Source: Paragordius varius
Taxonomy: Eukaryota > Animalia > Nematomorpha
DNA length: 64,000 bases
Direction of reading: 5' to 3'
NCBI GenBank assembly: GCA_964247055.1
Contig: OZ176054.1
Location: 3,658,001 to 3,722,000, forward strand
The position numbers and the translations under genes were made by a program. Below, in pieces: positions 51,350 to 63,309 of this stretch. The notes under the pieces were generated by a model. That model did no database searches. It had not been told where the DNA came from and saw only the letters and a program-made list of their open reading frames with translations. Within the stretch, counting starts at the first letter, position 1. Each line of letters starts with the position of its first letter.

Positions 51350-52693
51350 TCAATCTTTGGCGTCGGCTACTCCTCCAACAGTGATTGCGAAAGTTGCTTC
51401 ACTTTCTGGCATACATGGACTATAATAAAATATAAAATCATAAATTTTGTCCTAAAATATTGGGTCAATAATTTTAAGCAATAATTATTAAAAATAAAAT
51501 ATATGCTACCTGTCATAAATTTTTGCAATACGGTTGTCACCACGACCTTTTCTCAAACTTATTCGAGTGGTGGATGCATGTGCCAAAATATTTCCTCCTA
51601 TCGGCTTTTTTGGATCAACTTGAAATCTAATTTTATTGTAAATCTTTTACGAAAGAGTAGCTCCTGGATCAGCTGTCATTTGGTTCGTTATAAAAACGGC
51701 GACATTGTACTCCTCAGATATTTTTTGAAGTCGCGATAGCATTAAAGCTAATTTTTGTTGTCTTTCAGATAACTCACCCCGGCCACTGAAATCAACCCTA
51801 AAAAGGGCCATAACCGAGTCAATTATCTATATATTTTATAGCAACAATCTTACCAATAACTTATAAACTCCCAATTCCTCGTGAAATTTGGCTGCCACAT
51901 TATCTAAAATTTCATACTGTTGTTCACCTTAAATTAAAATATTTTTTACTCGTAAACGGTCTAATATAGATAATATTTTTTAGCATGGCCTCTTCATCCA
52001 TATTGAATCTATCAGCAATTTGTTTCAAACGATCTGGGCGACTAGATTGGTTAAATTAAATTTTACAAAGTATTTTCAGTGTCTATAAAACAAACTTTGC
52101 CCCCACTATAATTATTTGATCCTGGCAGTTGAGCGGTAACTATATTTTTAAATTTTGATTAAACCACAAAGTGTATGGGATAATTGAGTTTTACCGGTCC
52201 TAAATTCTCCAAAAACTTCAGTAATTGCCATACTTTCTATCCCCCCTCCAAGCAGCTTATCTAATTCTGCGCTACCAGTTGATATTTTAAATACATGTTG
52301 TCTTTTTTCTGATACTTCTAATGCTGTTAAAAAATTTGAGGACTTAAATATTTAAATTTACTTACGCTCATCTTTGTAATACACTCCCTAATTTTTTCAA
52401 CTTTGGCCTCGGATAAACCTTTAATGGCACAAAGTCGTTTTCGAGTCATCATTTGCACACCCTTTTTTCTTTAAATAATAGTTAACTTTGATTGTACATA
52501 TTCCAACAGTTTTTAATTTTTTTAGGTCAGCAGAATTCTATATAAATATATTATAATATACGATTCCGAAATTTGTCAATATATCAATGTCTTGAATATC
52601 ATCATCCTATATTGTTAAAAGTTATATATTTACTCCAAAATCTTCTCCAAGTTTGGATGTAATGTCGGATGGTAAACTAAGTTCTTCAATCAT
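51350..52693 (-). CDS. DMC1: Meiotic recombinase DMC1, 343 aa, 11 exons
   Basis: complement(join(51350..51419,51510..51626,51651..51826,51854..51927,51950..52041,52067..52139,52165..52342,52366..52461,52487..52537,52562..52606,52634..52693)) = 1032 nt. Walker [12 protein letters not shown]1-type segments [56 protein letters not shown] and [14 protein letters not shown]. Introns 5' to 3': 27, 24, 25, 23, 25, 25, 22, 27, 24 and 90 nt. Confidence 0.97.
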
Positions 52694-53046
52694 AATTTTT
52701 TGTGTTTGTTTTGGAAGTTTATAACAATCGTTTGCTTTTGAAACTGAAAAACAATAATAATCGTCTGATATTTTAAACGGTAAGATTTTGGCTCTCATAA
52801 GTATGTAATAGATATTTTTGGAGTTCATAAATTTGGCGACCCTTATAATATTATTAAGCCAAAATAATTGTATTAAAGCATTTTTAAATTTTCCAAAAGA
52901 AACACACTCCAATTATTTCGCATAAATTGTTGCATCACTCTTCATTTGGCTAAATTCTTTATAGGTGATTTTTGTATAAAATGTTTGGCAGATCGCCATA
53001 AATTTTGCTATATCATCGCCGATTAACCAATACTCGATTCATAAAT

Positions 53047-55062
53047 ATGAATTACAAAACGTTTTCCTTAACTTTATATTTTTCACAGCTCTTGTTTTAT
53101 GTTACATTAGTTCGCGGTTCTAGTCTTTCAAATACCTGTGGGATCTCATCAAAAGTTTTTAACAAATGCAACGTTTTGCAAAACATATACGGGGGAGTAA
53201 ACGCATTACCCTCGACTTGGCCTTGGATAGTAAAAATCGATTTACATTATTTAAAATAGGCAAGTATTCAACGAATGAAATCCGGCAAGTTCAATGTACT
53301 TTGCGCTGGCACTATTATAACTGATAGACATATTATAACAGCGGCACATTGCTTCGAATTCTGGTAATTTGTTTTCTTTTTTTTTCATTTAACCCCAAAA
53401 TTTAATTATACCATTTTTTTATTAATAGATCATCATAATTTTTTTGACATAGTGAGAACTTAATTTTTGTGCTTGTTAGTTATTCTATATATTTTTATAG
53501 GACTGATCTTGACATCTATCGATTAGTTATTGGCACAACTAATTTGGATGATTATGGCCCAGATAACGTATATAAAATAACTCGCGTAACATTGAGCCCA
53601 AACTATAGATCCTTGACTTCGGACAGTGATATAGCAATTTTAGAATTCTCTCCACCTCTCAAGAACATTACTCAAAGGACGTTGTGCTTACCATCTACTC
53701 CAGTCGATGGTGTTAATGCTAGTTGCTACGCTGCAGGCTGGGGTTCCACTGAAAGTAATATCCAATTTAGGCCCTCATTAACATTTAAGCATTTGATTTT
53801 TTTTTCCTAGTGCCAAAAATGTATTAATATTATTTTGACTCTATATTGATTTAAGTTAATTTAAACTTGATCTGATTCATTTGTAATTTAAATTTAACCA
53901 TGATTTATGCAAATGATGAGATAAATACAACTATTTCGTACAGATATAAAACCGTTTTATACTTGGTTAATCTTAGCCAAGCTGATGGACATAAATAATT
54001 TATATAAAGATATAATTGGTAAAAGAGGTAAATAAAGTTTTTCGCAAGTTTTATCCTTACCATAAAAAACCACTCGGTATGTAAACCCTTCTGGCACTTG
54101 AAAGCCCAAGGCTGTTGTTTAGTTAAATCCTAAAAATGTTTTGAATGACCTATAATTTAAAAAGAAAGTCTTTACTGTTTCGACGGAACCAGGTTGAATA
54201 AACTCGCTGCATATGACTACACAATGATTAGTGTTTGCGTATTGAAGAAAATATTTTATTTAATTGTCTTTCTTAGCACATATTGATATGATTACTAATA
54301 TATTTATCAATCATGTTAACGTTGAAAAATATTTTTGGACCGAAACGTTTTTTTGTATTCTGGCAATTGGCGCATTAACTTTTGTAATTCAATTATAAGG
54401 ACACAGTGATTGAAGTCAGGTTCCATCAAAAAATTATAAAATTAATTTATCTGCTGATACGGAACCGTATTTATTAATTCTAAAATTTAGCACAAAGATC
54501 TTCCAGGCTTCTCAAAGAGGTCTGCTTGCCAATGGTGCCGCTTGATGAATGTAAAAGAATTTATGGGCGCGAATTAACCTCAAATATGATTTGTTCGGGG
54601 GATGTTAGCCGTGGTGGGATTGATACTTGCGATGTATGGATCTTATTCATTTATCGAACAAAATATTTGTTAAATTTAAAATTTTCATTTTTGAGGGATG
54701 TTTTTTAATTGGTTGCTAAAATTTATATCAAACTTTTAAGTGATTTCTGTTTATCTAAATATCTTTTTTCAGAAAACCATGGGGTCTGTTAGTGGGTCTG
54801 CTAAATTATGATAATTGAAGGCCAGTAATTTTAATAAAGATGTTGGGTAATGGAGTAATGTTAGAATTTTTTTAAGTCATATATCTCTGGTAAAATAGGG
54901 GCCCCACAGAGAAGAGTTGCGGTTTTTTCATCGTTGTTTGAATTTTGAAGGCGCATCATATTATTTTGAGGGCATTTTTTCTACAATTGAAATCGGATCC
55001 TGTTTGTTCACGCAATCTTAAAAAAATTATTCAAATGTTTAGTATGTGTAAAATAATGCAAT

Positions 55063-55099
<37 letters not shown>

Positions 55100-56116
55100 T
55101 TACGAAGGAAGTTTAGCTATTATGTACTTTTTTGAGTGTGATATTTTGTAAAAATTTTTTTTAACCTTGATTCAATAAGGAAAAAAATGTTGATTGGACA
55201 CCAGAATAAAAATAAAATTATAGGTCCATCTTGCAATGGCATAGAGGGAATATTAATTGTTACAACAATATAATAAGTTAATTTACAGAAAAGGTTTTAT
55301 GCAGGCAGAATCTCGACCAATACGTACTCCAACAAATGGCATAAATTAAATTTACGTTTAAAATACTTTTAATCGGTTTTTAATTTAATTTATGATATAT
55401 ATTTATAAACAGTCAATATTGGATAAATCGTATTTTTTTTACGTGGTTTGTCGTCTTAATAAATTTAAGTTAATTTTTTAAAAATTGCATCATCTAAAGT
55501 AAATAAAACGTCGATTATCAAAAGTAGCGGATAACAATACAACCTTGATAATTTTGATATCTTATTTATTTAAGTAGTTTTGCATGTATAAGTTAATTAC
55601 AGTTATATTACATTTTTTAATTCAATTTGCATATTTTAAAAAGCATGTGACGTCTACCTCTAGCACACGTGCCTGGTTAACTTGAGCAAAATTAAATATC
55701 AAAATAATTTACAGTGTTAACTTAAATAAAAGTATTATAAATTATCATTATAAAAAATATCGCCGGTAAGTCTTATTTGTTACCATATATTCCTAACATT
55801 TATATAAAAGTTTATAAAAAGTACACTATTCGTCGTCCTTTTTTATTCAAAAATGTTGTTTGTTTTTTAAAGCCAAAATCAAAATTGTATATATTTTGGT
55901 ATGAATATTAATTAAAATATTTCATGATTTGATGGATTTGTGCAATGTTTTAAGGGTGATTCTGGGGGACCCGTTATGTGTTACTCAGAACCAAAAAAAA
56001 GATGGGAATTACATGGGATAGTTAGTTGGGGATATGGATGTGCTCGTCCAAACAGGCCTGGCATCTCTACTTACGTTTATCGTTTTGTGGATTGGATTGA
56101 ACAAAATATTAAATAA
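53047..56116 (+). CDS. Secreted trypsin-like serine protease (family S1A), 281 aa
   Basis: join(53047..53229,53260..53363,53501..53754,54491..54633,55955..56116) = 846 nt. Signal peptide, IYGG mature N-terminus, WPW, TAAHC, DIAIL, AAGWG, DTCD|[15 protein letters not shown] and RPG. Intact catalytic triad and S1 Asp. Intron 1 is 30 nt. Confidence 0.93.
55067..55095. repeat. (TA)n microsatellite
   Basis: TA dinucleotide run inside the last protease intron. Confidence 0.85.
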
Positions 56117-56838
56117 AACTTTTAAGGGTTTTAAAAGTTGTGCGTGAATTCGCAATTACAAATGTAAACAACATATACGTGTAATAAATTGATTTATTAT
56201 TATTATATTATTAATTAGTGGTATATATATATATATAATAATGTGTGTACATGTTCTTCATGCAATTCAATACTTACTCAAATAAAAGGCTATACGTATA
56301 TTGCAGAAAATGTGATATTCATGTATAATTTGTTAAATTTAAGTTAGGACATTCAATACATATTATGTAGGTTAGCTAATATATCTAAAAATTTATAATC
56401 CAAAAAAATATAACTCATGTAAACATTGCGGTTCTAAAAAAAGTGATGATTTTTAAAGCAAAAGAATAAAACATTACATTATAACATAGATTAAATAATA
56501 AAGATAATATATTGACTATTTTGATAAAAATGAAAATGTAAAATAATGTGCAAAATTTGACTATGCTTACTTTGTGATAATATATATAAAATAACCAATC
56601 AACTTAATAGAGAAACAAACTAGAACATAAATATGGGGTGTCGAAAAAGTTTGGAACCATTAGGTTTTATGTGTACACAGTTAAAATGTAGTATATAAAT
56701 GCGAAATGGTTATTGTTTCAAAATTTTTCGTGCAAAAAAGTGGCGTGCCATATACGATTTTGCAAAAATATAACACTTGTTTCTTTTATAAAGAATACCG
56801 TTTTTTGTAATTTGACAATTCCAAACGACATGGTTAGT

Positions 56839-59800
56839 TTATTCATATTCCTTAAGAATCTTTTCCATTATACTGATAAGATTGTCTAAGCCATATAAAT
56901 AACCCCGATCTGGACCAGGCCCATCTACTTTACCCATAGCGATATTTTGTTGCAGTTTTTCTTTACTAATTACGCAATCAACAAAGTTCTCCGTTTCGTC
57001 AGAGTTATCGTGGCAAGATGAAGGAAATACAATGTTAGATGATGAGTGAGCAAAATCAACCATATTAATTTGTGCTGGCCAACCAGGTTCAAGATTGTGT
57101 TCAAATACATTTTGATTCTGATTGAGTGCGTCGGAATCAGTGTGTTTATTGAGTTGAACAATATAATCTTTGTATCGATTTGTGTCATAGGCTGGATTCC
57201 CTTCATACAAAACTAAAAGAGAGCTTGAATAAAACCGGTACGTAGGTAGCTGAGCTAATATGCTCCTGAGATCTTTGAGTTGATTTATAATCATAGCCAT
57301 CATATCTATGACACCATCTAAGCGGCTATGTTTACAATCCACCACATCATACTCTTCAAAGGGAGGTGTAGTTGGTGCAATGCCCGACAATGATTGATGG
57401 TTGGTACCAGAATCCAGGGCGCGAAACTCTTGATTTCGAAAACTGTCCGCTTGCTTTTGCCGTTTATTTTGGGTTAAGTCTTGTTCTGAAGGACATAATT
57501 TGTAGAAGGTGCATCTTTCATTTTCGGCATTAATATCCCTAATAAAGTTTTGATTGCTGTCTGTTGGTATTATCCCACATGCCTTAGACGCCTTTGAATT
57601 ATTGCAAAACGACAGGGCAGTTTGAAAAAATAGGCGTAAACTTTCTTCAAACCCTTGGATGGTTAGTTTACGGCCAATATATTTGTCGTAACACAGAAAA
57701 GCTCCCTTTTCAGGTTGATAAACCTAGATATTTTGTAAAAAAAAGATTGACCAGAGGTATAAAATTATCAATTTATTACTTATTTATATTAGGTCAAACA
57801 TATTTTTTTAAAAATAACAGTTATGAATTTAGTAAAATTAGATAGAGTAAAATACTATACTTTGCAGTTTAAAACAATGAATTATATTTAAAAAATCCAA
57901 AAAATATTTGCCTTTATATTTATGTTTTGACCGTGAATCTATTTTTAATGTGATTTAGTCCAGTCATAAAAATTAAATAAAAAACTCCCCTACTCCATCA
58001 AAAAAAATCCAAATCGTTTTTAATAATATTTTATATGGACACAAAAATCTTTTCTTTATCGAACCTGCTATACCAATAAAAATAAAAATTAACAACTTTA
58101 TTACACAACACCTCACAAGTTTTCGTTCTATAAATATATAAACGCGTACTTGCATTCCACATATTCTAACTCCGAGGGATCCTGAGGTACTAGCTTCGCA
58201 TTTCGCTATTTGACTTATTCGTTTTTGTTCGCTCGCATCGTCTCCGTACTGACGGATTCCCATTTTCAGGTCAAGGACGCAAGGAAAGTTATAGGCCGAC
58301 GTTAAATCTTGTAATCTGATAAATTCTAAAAAATAAAGTAAAAATCAAATCATATTGTTGATAATTGTTGATAATAACACATTTATTTGACAAAACGGTT
58401 TTTAGTTTAGAGTGTCAGTTGTTGGATTATGAACACGCACTTACCATTTATATACTATTTACCGTTAAATTTCACCCTCGAACAATAATTCAAATTCACC
58501 CTCAAACTATATTCACCCTAAAATAAATTAAGTTTTTTTAAAATAAAAATTACTTATATTTTTTTTATATTTTAAAAAAATAAAATTTGGTTAAAATTAA
58601 AATAATAAATAAATGATAAACTATGCCATTAGGATATATTTCATATAATAATGAGTTATATTAGCCCGAAAACACATAATTTATTTTTAGGGTGAATTTG
58701 AATTTTCAAGGGTGAATTTGAATTGATCGAGGGTAAATTTGAATTGTAAAGGGTATATTTATTTTAGCCTGATTTTAATCATTCATTTTTGACAATAAAA
58801 TTATTTTCAATTAAGGTTTAAATTAATTACCAAAAATTTTCCAATAAAAGTCACATTCATATAAAAGCGAGCTATCTATTTCCTATATTGAAATTAAAGA
58901 TAAATGTAAGGTGTTTACGGGCCAAAAATAATAACAGGTCTGATTGTTCATAAATGCACTGCTGATTCTCGGTGATAAACACTAAATTAGAGCCACACGA
59001 AATTAAAAACTATGAATCAATTGTTTTTGTCAGTGTTAATAACCTTAATCTCTAATTAAAAACAATTGAAAAAAATACCAAAGTTTAACATTCTTTAATA
59101 TTTAATCACAATTTTTCATGACAAAATATAAATAAATGTATTTTATACCACGACCGTGATTTAATTATTTTTTAAAAGGGTCACGTCACAGTCAAGGTCA
59201 TGAAAAAGCATTTATAACCAGTCAAGCTAACCCAATTAAAGGGGACACCTATAAGTTGATGTTATAGGAAGAAATTTTAACACTAAAAATAATTAATCTT
59301 GGTTAATGGAGCTTAGTTACGCACATTGCGAGTTAAGTGCCAATAATGTAAACTAATGGATTAAGTAATTGAATAGATAAGTGCCAAACAAATAATTTGC
59401 TTTTAATACTTTGGATAATACTTATTTAAAACAATGAAATACAGCTTAATATATAACTTTAAAAATACTTATACCACAAAAATATATTATAAATATTTAA
59501 TTTTTCCATTTGCTAATTCATATTTGGTAAAAGTAAAATTTTAGATGCTGCAATCTTATGTTCAAATATCATTTAATTTAAAACATATAGAGATGAGGGA
59601 TATGATAGAGCTTAAATTTAAAAATACTTAATTAATATTCAGATTAGGTCAGTTAAAAGCTACATTATATTTGTCAATGGCCCTTTATAACAAAGTTTTA
59701 GGTTTTTTCTAAAAGTCACGTTCTCCCTTTTGTGCAATATGTATCTCACATATGCATAAAAATTGATGAATTAATTTGTTGAAAAGTCATACTTTGTCTT

Positions 59801-62499
59801 TTTTTTATTTTACTTGAAATTTATCGTCAAGGAAGTTAAAAATATCTAATTCTTGGTCAATACTATTAGAAATTATTAAAACTTTAATATTTACAAATTT
59901 AATCAGTACCGGCCTTTAAATCGATTAATGTTAGTATAAAAAACAAACTTACGACGTTGAACCAACTTAAAATAAAAACTTAAGAATATTTATATATATA
60001 AAAAATCTCAATTATAAAAATATTAACAATCCCCCCATATATAATTATTAATTACTGTATTTTATGTGATTATCACGTTGCATAGCTAGTATTTGTTCTC
60101 GATGTCGTTTTAGGCTCCATGGGTTAAATGAATAAGATTTTCGCTTATTTTGTTGGGGTGTGTTTGTCGAGACCGTAGTAGAAGCAATAACATTGTTTAA
60201 CGAAGTATTTGAAAGTTGGTTACTATTAGAAATTTTAATACTATTCATATTAGTATTAAAATTAGGGTTATTGGAGATATTTGTATTGCTGCAAGGTGGA
60301 AGGAGAATAGAGGTGTCAGCTTTCTCAAATAAATTTAAATTAAGCGGATCCAATACCTCAAGGCTTCCTGTGCACTTCATACGAACTTTTATTGTGGAAT
60401 ATCTAGACAAAAACAAAATTAATATGTTTTAATGATATATAAGGTAAGAAATAAAGATTTCATTAAAATGTTTTAAACGCTATATGGTAGTAATTTCTAA
60501 TAAGAATAATAATTTACAAAATTAAAAAAATTCGCATTAAACTACTATAATAACTATGACAGTTTATCACATCGATATTGTTATCGATTTTGTTTTGTAA
60601 AGTAAAACCTAAAATCGCTAAGAGTGATAATCCAAATCGCTCCTAAATTCTTGCTTGCGTTTAACAAAATATATAGCTAAAAATTCATGATATTGCATCT
60701 AGGGTTGAGCTGATTAAGTCATGACCCGGTCAGTGACTATTTTTTGACCATGGTCATTTCAGCTGTTTTTTGAAAAATTACTGGTAATCTTTTTTGGAAG
60801 AAAAATAGTAAGTTATTTTTAAATATATTAAAAAATATATAAATATTTAAATTGCCTATTTAAAAATTTAAACTGTTAAACTTGCATCCTTAAAACATTA
60901 GCATTTAAGCATATCCAGTTATTTCGAAAAAGAAAACAATCCAACTTTTTATAAAATATTCAATTATTCCATGTATGTGAATTAATAAAATGAAAAAACA
61001 TTTTATAATTGGATATTTCAATGATCGAAAGTGTAAAAAAAAACAGGAAAAATTTTATTAATATCCAGTATTAAAAGCGAGGTATTTGAAAATTCAGAAG
61101 TAATTTCACAATATAATATCGCATGGTATTTACGTAGGTAAAGTGGTCATGACACCGGACTTTTTCGAAAAAGCAGTCAAATCCACAACCCTAATTGCAT
61201 CCAAAGATATTATAGGTTATAATGACTCATAAATTACAATTTGTAAATGATTGCAACAATATTTTATAATCGATTATTATTGAACCAAACCAAACCGAAC
61301 CAAATGGTAAAAATTCGAAAACTAAATCATTTACTATATATACTATTTATTTCAAACAATAAAATATATCAAATCTATAATAATATTAAAATTAGGTAAT
61401 TAACTTAACTAAACTATCGGTTATTAATATTATTGTAATAAATAAAAAGTTACGCAAAGTTTTTTTGTTCAAAACAAAGGTTAAGGTTATAATATGCATA
61501 AAATGCGACAAAAAAATGAGATACAAAACGAAAAAGTAAGCAAGCCTATGCAAAAAATTACCAATACATAATACCTAAAAGAAAGGGCTTTATACATAAA
61601 GTTAAATTGTAGCCGTAATTATCAAAATTAATTTATAGAAAATACCAAAATAAAGGTTAAAAAAAGTGTCAAAAATTTAATAAATATTACATTCATCATG
61701 CGGAATGTCAAAATGCCATTTTTTAAAAATTATAAACTGATTAAGTTTTTAACCAGGGCCCTATTAATAAAGATTATTTTTATATCAAAATAATTAATGA
61801 CAACATATAAAAATACCGATTAAAAATGCAATTCATCGAGAAATATACACATATAAAAAAATTTAAAAAGAAAAATTACTTATCGTTAAAACTAGTGGTG
61901 GTGTTACGATATTTTTGTTGGTGAGAATTTAATGGTAAATCAAGGATTTTATCCGGTAAACCATTAAATGATTTAGATTTATTAAGGGATAAAATTGGAG
62001 ATACTAAATTAAAATATCCCTTTTTATCTTTTTCCAACAAAACCTCAACGGTACCTAAAAATTACAGCAATTATTTACCATAATAAGCTGCAATATATGG
62101 CTTTAATCTAGATGGTATATCATATTTGTAAAATTCTTTTTCTTTGTTCTGCAACGGTTTGCATATGGTATGTTTATCAAATTTGAGCATGCATAAGTGA
62201 CCACCAACTTGGTGTAAAAATGGTTGCAGGTTCACAGTTAATTTATTATTATTAAGTTTTGTGTCCACATTACTTAATACATTATTATTAGGTTTAAATT
62301 TAATAGAATCACAATAATGAGATTCCGATAAATCACTTTGGTGAGCTGGAAAAAATTTTGGTAATGTTCGGTCCTTTGATATCAATAATGCTTCCTGGGA
62401 TGATTCATCCGTAGTTTCATCAATAGAATATGTAGGAGTATCAATATAATCAGCGTTCTTATTTAAGTCATTTTGATTTACGTTAAGGTCCCATTCCAT
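56839..62499 (-). CDS. IP6K: Inositol hexakisphosphate kinase, ~667 aa
   Basis: complement(join(56839..57723,58150..58325,60056..60402,61880..62054,62079..62499)) = 2004 nt. [50 protein letters not shown] (PxxxDxKxG), [10 protein letters not shown]|[22 protein letters not shown] and [13 protein letters not shown]. Intron 1 is 24 nt. Confidence 0.93.
58442..58755. mobile_element. TA-flanked AATTCACCC-repeat MITE, second copy, in an IP6K intron
   Basis: Shares aatgagttatattagcccga.aacacataatttatttttagggtgaatttgaat with 38386-38621; multiple ttcaccc / gggtgaa subterminal repeats. Confidence 0.7.
60700..61193. mobile_element. hAT MITE with TAGGGTTG termini in an IP6K intron
   Basis: TIR tagggttg / caacccta; perfect 8-bp TSD ATTGCATC (60692-60699, 61194-61201). 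Confidence 0.85.
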
Positions 62500-63309
62500 A
62501 AATAAGGGTTTATTCAAGCCAATAATTTAATAACCACTAGGATTGATTATAACAGACCATCAAAAATAAATTTTATAATTTTTTATTTAATTAATAAATT
62601 ATAAAAATATTATAGATGCTTATGATAAAGTTTCTAATTAAAATTAGTTTTATCAGAGTTTTTTTAGGGATTCTTTATAACTACAGCATACAATTCTAAC
62701 AATTAGTTTAAACTTAAGCAAAAGTTATAGATAAGCAGGATATTAAATAATAATACAGGTAAAATATCATATTTATAATTTATCGCTAATGCATATTTAA
62801 TAATTTGCACCTATTAAGTTTTTTGTTTGGGGCTAAATCTTTTAGACTAACTTATTTATTATCAGTACATTAATTTTTAAAACATTATATATTGCTTATA
62901 TGGGCAAAATAAAAAATACGCATTTTTTTGCGCATATTTTAAGAAACTCCTTAATTGTAAAAAATCATCTCGATCTTAAAACTTATTTGCATATTATTTG
63001 ATTCGAAAATATAGAAGGCAAATATTTAAAATATACAAACAAATTAATTTTAGAAATAGAGCATTTTAGCAACAAATTTTGAAATTCATGAATAATGGCC
63101 TGTTTAAAATCGCGTTTTAGGTTTCAATTTCGAATCTAATAGTTGGAAAACTGCAAATATATATTTTTATTTAATGATTTGATTTGAACCAAAACAACTT
63201 TTAAAATAGTAGTTTTAAATAGAGCACGGATTCAAAATATAATTGTTTTGCATGAAATATCTTATTTTTCATTGCAAAACAAAACATTATAAATCAGATG
63301 TATCGCAAG

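Noticed and set aside
51350-52693. RAD51 or a recombinase pseudogene
   Set aside because: [16 protein letters not shown] and [11 protein letters not shown] are DMC1-type, and every stop or frame break is removed by a GT-AG intron to give a full-length frame.
57973-58149. Read-through extension or duplicated alternative exon of IP6K
   Set aside because: A strong donor follows CGMQ and the true next exon starts at 57723 (VYQPEKG). The faint resemblance near 58020-58070 has in-frame stops and is too weak to call.
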